A DNA stretch of 64,000 nucleotides from Microbotryum violaceum (taxonomy: Eukaryota), in contig CDLV01000007.1 in assembly GCA_001244265.2 (NCBI GenBank), positions 1,488,001 through 1,552,000 of the forward strand, written 5' to 3'. A model generated the notes under the pieces. The model searched no databases, was not told the origin of the DNA, and saw only the letters and a program-made list of their open reading frames with translations. Below are positions 1 through 11,021 of the stretch, piece after piece (within the stretch, counting starts at the first letter, position 1; each line of letters opens with the position of its first letter). The translations under genes were made by a program, and so were the position numbers.

Positions 1-208
1 ATGACCTAGGCGAGGTCTGACAGGGCGCGGGTTTGGCTCGGCTCATCGCATGCGATCGCTTCGGGCGCTGTCGTTTCGCTTACGGTGCACCGCTGGTGCT
101 GCTGCTGCTGTGAGGCGCCTCCGGTGGGAAACCATTCTCCAGTTCGCTCAGCGCCTTCGGGCCTACTACTGGCCCGGCCCATCAAAACCAATGTCACTCA
201 ATTAGGAC
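1..208 (+). ncRNA. Probable signal recognition particle (SRP/7SL) RNA, non-canonical basidiomycete type; the 5' few nt lie outside the window
   Basis: Rod-like pairing of the 5' and 3' parts: 5-9/202-206, 18-22/192-196, 23-31/173-180 and 63-70/149-156. These enclose two apical helices, 77-117 and GUGG-GAAA-CCAU at 124-135. A T9 run follows directly. The window start ATGACCTAGGCGAGGT resembles the fungal SRP 5' motif (S. pombe ...GTAATGGCTTGGTCGAAGT, recalled from memory). Confidence 0.55.
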
Positions 209-217
209 TTTTTTTTT
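209..217 (+). terminator. Pol III-type oligo(T) terminator
   Basis: T9 run immediately after the 3' strand of the terminal helix. Confidence 0.5.
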
Positions 218-1011
218 GAACCCGTCACGGTGGGCATGACTGCACAAGCCGAGCGGGGGAAAATGACTCGTGGTGATAAGCGACTCCTAGACTACATGAG
301 GTATGACCTCATACGGGAAGCGAAACCCCTCCTTCTCTCCTGTTCTCGGCGAAAAAGGTTCAACCGAAGCGGCGAAGCGAGCAAGCCCAACGTCATCTTC
401 CCGCCTTCGCCGACAGCCAGCTGCAGTGCCACAAAAACGCCCCGGCTGAAACCGACCGCTCGGGCATTTGAACCGTTGCATCTGACCTGATGAGTTTTTA
501 AGATTTAAGCACCCCTATCGTCGCACCATTAGGTACAGCTTCTGTCCTCTCCCGGAACTTGAAAGTGCTCGAACCCTTGCCACCGCCACTGCGTGTTTGC
601 TCCTTACCCGTCGCACACCCCGCCACCGGGAGGGGCTAGTGCAAACTCACGTGACCTATGGCGGATGACTCGGTGAGGCTGCACCCCGTTCGGTCTCAGA
701 GCACAACGTCAAAGCTTCAAAGTCTTCCGCACACGATGATCCACGGCCAGCAAGGTAACACGAAAGAACCGATCGAAGATTCCGACTTAGATCTGGCAGT
801 TTTCGTGTCGTACGTGAGCGAGGGTTCGAGTTGCTCGCTCTGTCTCAGCGCCGCCCTGGCGACTTGAACCAGTTTTGACCTCGATTTTGATCCCAATTTG
901 CTTTCCGCGCGGGCCGCGAACAGGTGAGACTCGACTGCCCTGGCAACCGTGGAGAGACGTTCGACCTCACGTTCGAACTTCGAGTTCACGCACCGCACCA
1001 CAACACAAAAC

Positions 1012-2246
1012 ATGTCGACTTATTTGGAAACGGTCAAGAGGGTACGATACTCGTTCACTTCAATTTCACTGCATTCATGCTGACGAACTGCCCCCGTCCA
1101 TCTGTACCACATGTTCCCTGCGTGCGCATGTGTGACGTCCGTCTCCGAACACGTCTCTCCACACGTCTATTCACAACCTCTTGAGTCGCTGGCATCTCAC
1201 CGCACCACCAGTCCTTCGTCGATGTCCCGACCCAACCGGGAGTTGACACTGTTGCCTTCTTGGAAGCCACAGAAGGATTGATCAAGATGTTCGGTACGTC
1301 GACCGTTGCAATGGACGGCGTACGGGCTTTCACACGCGACCCGACGTGTCACTTTGCACAAACGAGCGCGGGTGCGAGAACAGGACTTAAGGGGCACTGA
1401 TGATGGTATCCTGATGCAATTGGGCAGATCTCTTGGGAAACTCTGCGTTCGTCGTTGTGCAGAACGACATGAATGGTAACGTCAAGGTCAGTCTCGTCGC
1501 GGAATCCGACGCGGACCCCAGAACTCGGATCCGGGCTTGAGCTCAGACTCGGACTCAAGAATATGCTCACCCCTATATCTTTCACGTATGCTTCTCAGAA
1601 AATTCGAACGCGATACGAGGCCTTCCCCGAGCAATCCAAGACGTTGGAGGACTTGGTCAAGCACGAATCGACCGAGAAGAAGCGCATGGCCACCGAGGGG
1701 CTCTTGTGGCTGTTGCGGTCAGTATTATCGCCTTAATCGAGGACTATCGAGATCAAGAGCTGACGTCAGACTGGGACCTCGTTCACAGCGGCCTCAAGTT
1801 TACGCAAATCGCCCTGTCGCGCTCGCAAGCCAACAAGACGGAAGAACTGAACGCCTCGTTTGACGCGGCCTACACCAACACGCTCAAGCCGTATCACTCG
1901 TTCGTCGTCAAGCCCATCTTTGTCGTACGTACGGGTTCCGGTTCTGATGACCGGAGGGGCTGACTTGAAGAGAGCTGACTGGGACCCTTCCGGACTCGTC
2001 GCGTTCGCAGTTGGCGATGAAGGCATGCCCCTACCGCAAAGTGCGTCGCACCTACACCCACGCGGCCAAAAGCCAGCGGAAAATCTCCACGAAACTGATC
2101 TTGGAGGTGACGGGTCTCTTGCACAGGACTTCTACGCCAAGCTCGGGCCCCCCGGATCGGACGTCGATGGGCAATTGCTGGCGTGGCTCAACGCGTTGGA
2201 GAAGAGTATTACTCAGCTCGAGGCGTTTTATGCTGCGGGCAATTAG
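1012..2246 (+). CDS. Glycolipid transfer protein (GLTP/HET-C2 family), multi-exon
   Basis: Spliced: MSTYLETVKR|SFVDVP..VDTVAFLEATEGLIKMF|DLLGNSAFVVVQNDMNGNVK|KIRTRY..ATEGLLWLLR|GLKFT..AYTNTLKPYHSFVVKPIFV|LAMKACPYRK|DFYAKLG..FYAAGN*. Introns are GT-AG. Confidence 0.92.
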
Positions 2247-4110
2247 TGCGTCTTCGAGAGCTGAGACTGTACTGGGATGGAGTCTTGTGACTTGAACTGA
2301 TTCTAATTTCCGGGTTCGCGTATTCAGCGCCAAGGGGATGTAGCTTACCGAGTGGCACGAGTGGACGGGGACAAACAGCTCTCTTGATTGTATCAGTCGA
2401 AGGCGGATGACGATGTAGATGAGCGTTGTAGGTCGAAGGGCAATTGCAGCATGCAAAGAACCACATTATTGAATCTCAGCGTTGTCCTGGCCGAGCTGGG
2501 AATCGGCGAACCATGTTCCAGCGTAGGGCAGTAGGCGCAGTCTTGACGACGAAAGAGAACCCTGCGGAGTCGGGATCCCTTCGAGGCGGACTCGAGGGAA
2601 TTTGACGAGGTATCTGATGCTCAATGGCGTCCGGCGTCACTTTCTTTCACTTTAGTATGTAAAGTTGGGCTAGTGACGGGTGTGAGGGATGGTAAATCCG
2701 GATGGAACAGGCGTGCCGGTCGATTGGGCTCCTTGGATTCATCGTCGCTGACGCCATGCTCGTTCATCATGGGGTGGTGCCTGAGGACTTGGTGATCGAT
2801 TCGAAGTACAAGGCCAAGTAAGTGGGGCAAAACGAATGGGTCCTCATTTACCAGATGAAGACGGTGACAACGACTCCAAGTCTCCACGCCTGGATAAGGA
2901 ATTGTGTGGGAACTGATAGCCCGGCGTCGAGCGGAACCCATTGTCAGGCCTTCGAAGCCTCATCATCATCGAAGACAGGCCCGAGATTCAGGGAGGACTC
3001 AATTCGCTGGACTTCTTTACCGCGGTCGACAGCTGGCTGACATTTCTCGATTGGCCAAAGCCTTGCCAAAGGTGAGCGTGTGTCGGCTGGCTCATCCGAG
3101 GCTGCAGTCGACATTCGGGTGCAGACAATCTCGCCCCGGCTCAGGAGGTTTTGCGCAGCCTCTATTTTGGAGGATTCACGCGTGAGTACCGCCTTTTTAC
3201 CGTTACCGGAACTCAGCGACCATAACAGTGAGGGCTCTCTAAATTAAGCCTACAGAATATTCGGACACAGCACGACCTCGAGCTCTCCCGTGCTTGCACG
3301 TTATAGGACTCTGTTCGGACGAAGGCAAAACATCGCTGGAGAAAAGTCGCCACGCCGGCGGTCAGTTGGATCCTCAGGCGGCAGTCTACATGTTCGTTTC
3401 AAGGTATGGAACTTGGACGATGGTTCTGGATGACAACCCTCTTCAGTCCGCTCAAGTTCGCCACCCGACTCCTGAGGTACAACCCCGATTCTGCATACAG
3501 TGAAGAATTAGGAAAACGAGCGATGGAACCTCGAGTCTCAGGAACGTTGTTCGTTTTTCGTTAGGCCGTGGTTTAAGCCAGGTCGCCATTCCTGTTCCAA
3601 GGAATGCCATGGTTTAGAAAACGAAGCTGATCCCATCTTGTGGGCAGCTCCTCATCTGAGGCTGACCTTCCCGAACCAAGTTTCACACCCAACTTGGGTA
3701 CCCATTGCACCAGGTCGAAGCAGGACTAAGGAAGGAGGTCGACGTTATCGATCGGATCGTGCAGGAGGCGGAATAGTGCTTAGCTGTGCTGTGACGTTCG
3801 AACACGGGAGCCTCGAGTCGGATGACGAAACATGAGTAGCTTTTTTCCAACAACGGAGAATAAAGAATTGGGGGGAGAAAACATAGTACACGAGTGAAAG
3901 CTTAAAAGGAGGTCATGAGAGAGTTCTACGAATCAAAACTAGAAATTGTCGCATGCAGACGACCGAAAGCTTCGGGCCTTCCGTTTGTTGACGTGGAAGG
4001 TATACAACCCCATTGTGGGTTGGAAGAATGAAACAACCGATTAGGAGAAACAGAACCTCGATTTGAGGGAGGAAATTCGAAGGAGACAGAAACATTGCAA
4101 GCCACTAAAA

Positions 4111-6435
4111 TCACGACGGGCCACTCGGTCGACTGCGCCCAGTTTTGAGGTCCGTATTCGCGATCGCCCGAAGCAAATCCCTGGCATCCGGACCTGGAGT
4201 AGCCGTCGTCGTCGTCGACCCCGACCCAGAAGGAACCGCCAACCCCAATTGAGCGACCCCACCGACGACAGGCCCATTCGAAGCATCCTTATTCGTCGTC
4301 GTTGAAGCTGTTGACGCTAAGCCTCTTGTCGTTTCCAAACTGAGGGCACGATGGGCTTGTCGGATCCTCTCGTCGACAAAAGCGGAAGAGACGTTGGTGA
4401 ATTGCGTCAAGCGGTGGGTGAGGACGCGGAATTGAGCCAATTCGAACCGAACGTCCGAGAGCGAGGCCAAGGTTTCGTCTTCGATGACGTCGGAGGCTCG
4501 GCCCTTGCCCTTGTCCGATGGCGGGTTGGAGAGGATTGATGCGCCTAGCTCGAAGGCTTGTCCGATCGACGTCGGTGTTGGGGTCGAGAGGTCGAAGCTA
4601 AGGGAGGTCTCTTCGATCGTTGGGAGCTCCAGAGCACGCGCTTGAGCACGTCGATGGGCAAAGTCGTTGTAGATTGGTTCGAGCTCTTTCCGTCGCTCTT
4701 GCTCTTTGCCGATGCTGTGAAATGTCAATTCGCTGACGTCAGTCACGTGCTTTCAGGGCAACCGAGCTGACCTCGAAACACTCACGCATCGTGGTTGGCT
4801 TTGCATTCGATGAGTCGCGCCGTGTTGCTTTCGTTCTGAGGGTGTTGCGGCAACCCATCGTTTGCGGATGAATCACTGGTCCCAGGCTAGAAATGCATGA
4901 ACCGAGTCAGCTCTTGTGCGCCCACCCCGAAGCGGGCGCGTCCGCTACTCACCTGAAACGGCACCGAGACGTCGATACTCGAATCGCAAATCCCATTGAT
5001 GAACTGATCGATCGCTGCACTCGCACAGGCCCGCGAATTGGGTGAGACCGAGGTCGAGGCAAACACCCGATCGCGTTGCCGCTGGGACGTCCAAGACAAG
5101 ATGCTCCGCAGTCGTCGAGCCACGGGGTCTTCGGCGTTGGTTTGTCGATACAGTTTGTCATCGGGTACTGAAACATGAGGTGGGACTGCCGATAGAATGC
5201 ACTCGCATCTCATTAGTTTTCAGGCGTCTTGAGTCCGTTTCGAGCAAAGTGCGATGCTCACCTTCGAACCCTCCGCCAATACTACTCCCTCTCCGACCAC
5301 TTCCCTTCACACTGCTTCTTCGTACCGACATGCCCGGTGTCGCCGGTGTCGCGTCCCCCTGCCGAAACGCTCGGTTCTTGTTCTGCACGGGCGTCTCGGC
5401 GGCATGGATCGGCGCCAAATGCCCGACTGCTCGGTTCGGTGGAGACAGTCTTGATGTTGAAGCGATCGGAGCCGTTTCATCGACTCGCATGGACATGGCT
5501 GCTCGCGGCGCGTTCTACAAAGTGAGGACAGTGCGCAGACGAAGGTCCGTCAGCCTTCGCGTCGATCGACCTGCCTTCGTAAATACTACTGACTTTGGAC
5601 TTTGGCGCATTTGCACGCCCCTGTTTCAGTGCCCGACTCGTGGAAGGCGGGTTTTGAGGTGTGGGAGGGTTGGTTGTGAACGCGAACGGCTGGGCATCAT
5701 CGGTGGACGTGTTGCCGAGTGTATGCGCAAAGTTGGGCTTGGCCTTGGCCGCTTGAGTTTGCTGTGCCGCCGCTCGAGGCTGTTCGGAGAGGTGAAAGTG
5801 ATCCCAAGATTCAGTAAGTCTCCATGGCACACGCTCGCATCCCCGTGACTGACCACAAAGCCGGTCCGGGACGTCGAAGCGATCGCGTGGGAAGCTGAGC
5901 CGCCTTCGCCTCCTCCGATCTCCGGTGCATCAGTCCTTTGTCGTTTCCCTCTGGGTGATGTACGCGTCCCCGTCCTTGTAAAGGTACCCCACGCTGCATC
6001 TTTATTTTGGTCGGGGTGGTCACGGCCGTCCTCGTCCTCGTCGCGTGCTCGGGATTGAGGGACGACCTTGGCCCCTCTCGGTGGTGGTGGTGCTGCAGCA
6101 GCCAAGGCAGCGTGTTTGGACGGTGATACGGTCCGTTGTCTCGAGCTCGTGGTAGGCGGTGGTGGTGGAAGGGGTGAATCTCTGTTGGTGCCTTGACGTG
6201 CCGATCTCCGGGGTGATTCGATCGTCGCGTGGCCTGTGGTCGCTATTGCTGCGCCTCTTGATGTGCCCGTCGTCGTGGCGTTACTCCCCGTCGACTTGGC
6301 GTACTTGTTGTTGAATGGTGGTGGTGCACTGTCCGAGTCCGAGTCGTCGAGAGGCGCATCGTACAGATCCCGGTCGCGCACCTCGGACTTGCGACTCATC
6401 AACTTGGTCTGGCGCGCCGCTCGTGGAGCCGGCAT
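4111..6435 (-). CDS. DSN1: Kinetochore Mis12-complex subunit Dsn1/Mis13-like, multi-exon
   Basis: Disordered N-terminus, then ETPVQNKNRAFR..RRSSVKGSGRRGSSI and PHVSVPDDKLYRQTNAEDPVARRLRSILSW, typical of fungal Mis13/Dsn1. The C-terminus is DARDLLRAI. Confidence 0.75.
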
Positions 6436-7100
6436 GGTGGCAGGAATAGGTGGCGGTTGATTGGGCGAGAAAGTCTACTCTTGGTTTAGCTGGCAATGTC
6501 GTAGGCTCGCGGATGGCGTTATACAGAGCGCTTGTCGAGACGGGGAAACCTGCTGGTGCGGTTGAATGACGAAGGCTCGGGTGGGTGTCTCCAGGCTGGT
6601 GTTCGCGGATGCTTGCAGGTAATCACCACGATCGAAGAAAGGAATCTGTACAGAGCTTGACCCGAAGAAACACAATCGCGCGGTAATTTGAGGGGCTTCC
6701 CGACTGTCCGAGTTCATGCAAAGTCGAGTTGGTGGGTGGCAGCGGGGCAGGCGTCGCGTGAATGCATGCAGAGAGGGGAGGGCGGTGTGCCAGAAATCAA
6801 AACAAGCCGATCGGCCCGCGCGCGCGCTCGGACCTCTCACCTCACCCAAGATCGTCCGCGGCAACTGGCGCGCGCTCGTGAGTCGTCGATCGACCACGGA
6901 AGTGCATTGCATTTGACTGCCAGGATTGTATCTAGCGCTAACAAGAGCGCAGCTGTGACGTTTAAATTTCAGGTACGAGTAAGAAGGCGGCCGTGTGTTT
7001 GAGCAAGCGAGACTCGTTCCGAAATGATCAGCCCGAGATTTGAGACTCCAGCCACTGCATGCACTGCAGGCTCGGTGCAAGAGCTACCAATTTACGACAG

Positions 7101-8185
7101 CTGAAAAAACAAAAAAAATCCCCGAGTACCAGACGTTGGCACCGAAGAGTGGCCATATCTCATCCAACCCGTTCTAACCTTCGTGGACTACCAGCCTCCA
7201 GATTCGACGAGCGAAGGTTCGACTACGCGCGGAGGGAGTGTGCGGTCCGGTTCAATTGAACGTCACGGACATGGCTGAAGAGACACAAGGGAGAGGTGTG
7301 GCCGTGTGCACAAGAGAACCGTCTGCGCGCCCTAGTTAAAGAAACGCCTCCGGAAAGAAAGGTGGAACGATGTCGTTAAGGACAGACGTGCTGGCACTGC
7401 TGGAAGGTAGCGCACCGGCGGAACGTTCTGGGTCACGTCAAAGCCATCCCCTGCATGCCATTTCAACAGGCTTGAGCTGGGGGAGATGTAGGCAAGAACC
7501 AAACTAAAGCTCTGCCGACAACAAAAAAATGAGCGCGTGGAGTGCCACGAGCACAAGCTACAAGACATTATTGGGGAATTGTAAACTCACGCGACATCCG
7601 ATGACTGCGATCGATGAGTAAGGGCCGAGTGCTGTATGCCACCGCAAGGTGGACTTCAAGGGGGTTGACGGTAACATTCGTTGACATGCTTTGTAGCGAG
7701 GAGTACGACCAAGAGTGTGTGCCACCAACTTAAGTAAAGGTGGACTTCCGAGGTTGCCTCACGAGCTTGTGAGGACTTTGCTGCATCCCGAGACTTCCTT
7801 CTCTGCAAACGTTTCAAATGCAACCTTAGGTTTCACTTCTGATATTCTTTAGTCTGATTTCTGGCTGCTGGGTGCTGCTTGGCTCGGGCGACTTCACTTT
7901 GCTTGACACGCGAACCATTGGACTGACAACATGGTTCAGTCCTGGGTCGCGAGCTCCGCGCATGTGGTGAAGAGCTTGAGCTCCTGTCGAGTGCGACTTC
8001 ACTTTGATACACTCCGAGCAAGAATAGGAAGGGGACAGAAGTATTCCTGAATCACTTCTAGCACATCGCACGATATACGAAAAAAAATCGACGCTACTAA
8101 CGCCTCTTACGACCGTTCTACAGATCATTGCGAAATTCCAGCTCGGTCGACACGTGATAGACGACATTAATACTGGGAAACCTAC
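7101..8185 (-). ncRNA. Candidate ~1.1 kb structured RNA or structured long intron, unassigned
   Basis: Long-range end-to-end helix (8179-8145 with 7119-7169) rich in G-U pairs on the minus strand, several internal hairpins and a three-copy AAGU-CC..GG-CA stem motif. It begins at AG|GTAGGT and ends in U8-G-U6-CAG. No convincing ORF. Confidence 0.35.
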
Positions 8186-8263
8186 CTAATCGCGCCAACG
8201 ACGGGTCAACCAAGAAGCCAAAAAACACCCTGTATTGTAATAATTTGGACCTCCACCTGACCC

Positions 8264-8269
8264 TTTATA
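8264..8269 (-). promoter_or_regulatory. TATAAA box upstream of the candidate structured RNA
   Basis: tttata on the + strand, about 80 nt upstream of the donor-like site at 8185. Confidence 0.35.
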
Positions 8270-8707
8270 TCGTGGCCTTGAAAATCAGCAGCGGCCGTAT
8301 CGGGCTTTGGGGAAGCGCTTGCGCGTGCGCTTGAGGCTGCGCAAGTGCCACCCCCTCGACGAGGTTTCGCCGAATAACACAGGCCGAATCCACGACTCGA
8401 TCCCAGGCGCCCAGACAGCGCGTCCGCCAGTTAAGTTCAAACTTAATCAACAGTATCAACGTGTTGATATACGTTACAACTTATTAACCCAGCCCTACGC
8501 GTCAAACTGGAGTGGCGACTCAGCATGTCTCAGCATGGTCCTACTCAGACCCAAACTCTCCTATCTCTTTTAGTATTTAGATCGGGAAAACTACTGCTAT
8601 TTTCCGGTGTTTCTTGGCAGTCAAAGCAGTCAGTGAGCAGGGTCCTCTGCATCGGCCTTTCAGAGGAGCAATATCTTTCTGCTCTTGTTCTCATCTGACT
8701 GAACATC

Positions 8708-10405
8708 ATGAAAGGCGGATTGACCCGACGCAAAGTGAGTAGAGTAGTCGAGCACCGAGCGAATCTCTCGGCGCCAAAAGCTAGCTCAACGGAGCGAGAG
8801 GGTCCAAGCGCTCACCTCTTGCCTCTCGTCGTCATCAGTCATCGCATTTCCACGCCAACCGACACCCACCTTCCATATCCGGGTGGATTGAGGAAGGCTC
8901 TACTCCTTCTGCTGCTGTTAATTCGTCGTTAGGTGGTTCGTCGGATACCATGGGTGATGCGAGAGTGAGTTGCTGGTGAGGTGGAGGGACGCGTCGGAGG
9001 GCCGAGCTGACTTTTGCTTACTCGGGGGCGTGGTGATTACGGTCCATTCAGACAGCAATACATATGAACGCATCAGGTGCTGTTGGATCTCAACTATCCG
9101 TTCCCAACTTACCATCAGCGGGTACGTTTCCGCCACCCTGGACGGACGAAACCCTCCCCCACTCGTCCCCATCACCGGCTGGTCTTAATCATCCTCCGAC
9201 CCTCGCTCACAGGTTCTGCCCTAGGTGTAGCATTGGAGAACCTACGTGGTACGGTTGAAAAACGCATAGCAACGTTGCAATACCTCAAGCGAGCACATGG
9301 GGGGAAACTTTACTGGTTCAACGTCGGTCTTTCGGGGAATCGACGAACAATCGATGAGGCTGCAGCTGATATTGGTTCAAGTGTTTGACAGACGGTTTTA
9401 CTCACTCCGGAGTTGGTCAAGGCTCAATTCGAACACGGAAGAATGAGAGCACGGTATGTCCTTCGTCCTGCGCGATGGATGTTCTCATCGCTGAAACGGT
9501 CGCTCTTTCCCACCGTGATCACAGAACCACCCGTTTCGCCGTGTTAGGCATGTCCCTCTCCGCGATCCTCGACATCGCCCCAGCCCAAGACTTCCTCAAA
9601 AGCTTGCTCTCCCTCGTCCAAGAATTTGATAATGTACCTGATGATCGATTCGACAGGAATCGAAACGTGAGTTGAGGTCCAGGACTGGATGATCTCGTGC
9701 CCCGGAATTTGACATCTTCAATGGTTTTGCCTCGTCCATAGCCCAAGACGTTGTTTCGGGGTACAACGAGGAGTAGAAAAGGTATGTCGTTGGCCGGGTC
9801 GGATTTCATAGGATTGCAGGAAGGGAGCGACGCTTCAAATCTCTTTGTTCCCAATATCGTACGTCCTCGACCTCTCCGAGAATACCTATCCCTGATCATA
9901 CTGACACGATCGACTTTCTCGAACGCCATCTTCTAGCCTTTCGAACTCGACTACAATCAAGTCTTCATCACGACCTGCGATCTCCTCGTTGAGATCTACC
10001 AAAAAATACTCGCGCTGCTCGGTCCTTCATCGTCGGCAAGTGCGACACAAGCGACTGCTTCCTCGGGAGCTTCGACGACAAGCGCCTCGACGTCGAGTCG
10101 AATACTCACTTCTGGGAGTGAGAGGTCTTCTGCATCGCCTGGTTCGGGCTTGAGTCCTGCGTTGGCGGATGTGGTTGTCAAGACTGATGCGAGGTTGAAG
10201 GTGAGTTGGCCCACACGTGAAACTGAGGATGACCGACCTTTTTTCCTGCAACACTGATCCCTTCTATATGACATTGGCCCAGAAAATCATCGTCATGGTC
10301 TCGAAAGAATTCGACACGTGCGCCCGAGCGGCGATCAAGAACGAGTTGAACGCGTTGAGCGGAGGAGGAGACTGGGCTCAGTGGGGCGGAGATGAGGGGG
10401 CCTGA
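8708..10405 (+). CDS. Conserved hypothetical fungal protein, multi-exon
   Basis: Exons join via GT-AG introns: MKGGLTRRK|..LENLRGTVEKRIATLQYLKRAHGGKLYWFN|..RFAVLGMSLSAILDI..DFLKSLLSLVQEFD|..PFELDYNQVFITTCDLLVEIYQKI..VVVKTDARLK|KIIVMVSKEFD..GDEGA*. Confidence 0.8.
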
Positions 10406-10923
10406 GTTGGAGTGGCTTGAAGTGTGCATGTGTTTTCCTTGGCTGGGTTGAGCAGTGCTTGTGTTACCGAACGTGTTGTATTTCTTCATTTGACTCGCCG
10501 CTTCTTGGTGTATGTATGTCCGAGGCGCTTGAGCTGCGCAGGCGCGGGCGGCACAGCCTCCTCGGCTCGGGCGGTTCGGCAGGGCGAAGGTTTGATCGCG
10601 CCGAGAGTAGATACCTTGTAGCATTTTGAGAGCTTGATGAATTTCCTCTGCTCTGATGCTGTTCAGTTCTGGGAGCACGATGATCACTGTGCTGTGGAAC
10701 GAACTGACTTTGATAATCGGCAGCGAATTCAAGGATTCAGGAATCGATTGCCACGGTTTGCCTGCGCACACAAGACTCGCACAAGTTGGCCCGAAGCGGA
10801 CGAAATGCGACGCGTGTCACTCTGCGCTCGCTCACTGACTGTCGACTGACCTTGACCATCCATCATACACCACACCCACACCCCGCACCCTTCGAGCTAC
10901 CCATCGGTCTTACCACCCTCGCC

Positions 10924-10962
10924 ACATCGCACATCGCACATCGCCCATCGCCCATCGCACAT
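10924..10962. repeat. 7-bp tandem repeat (A/C)CATCGC, about 5.5 copies, in the VPS1 5' leader
   Basis: acatcgc acatcgc acatcgc ccatcgc ccatcgc acat. Confidence 0.85.
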
Positions 10963-11021
10963 AACCAAGCTCAGTGCACCACTCCCCTCTACGCTTCATC
11001 TCTTCCGACTTTTTGCCCGAC

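Noticed and set aside
8-208. RNase P RNA interpretation (GAGGUCUGA like CR-I, CAAUUAGGACU like CR-V)
   Set aside because: P4 pairing is imperfect, there is no CR-II AGARA, and there is no P1 3' strand before the T-run. An SRP-like rod fits better.
3191-3200. GCCTTTTTAC resembling U5 snRNA loop I
   Set aside because: It has five T rather than the invariant four, with no flanking stem and no Sm site.
5042-5848. Long antisense or overlapping ORFs in the ORF track (also 13502-14128, 39650-40426, 46629-47498, 51770-52546)
   Set aside because: They are shadows of real genes in GC-rich, codon-biased DNA and contain no recognisable domains.
7172-7225. tRNA-like A/B-box fragments (GGTAGTCC..GGTTAGA on -, GGTTCGAC on +)
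   Set aside because: The boxes lie on opposite strands and no cloverleaf can be drawn.
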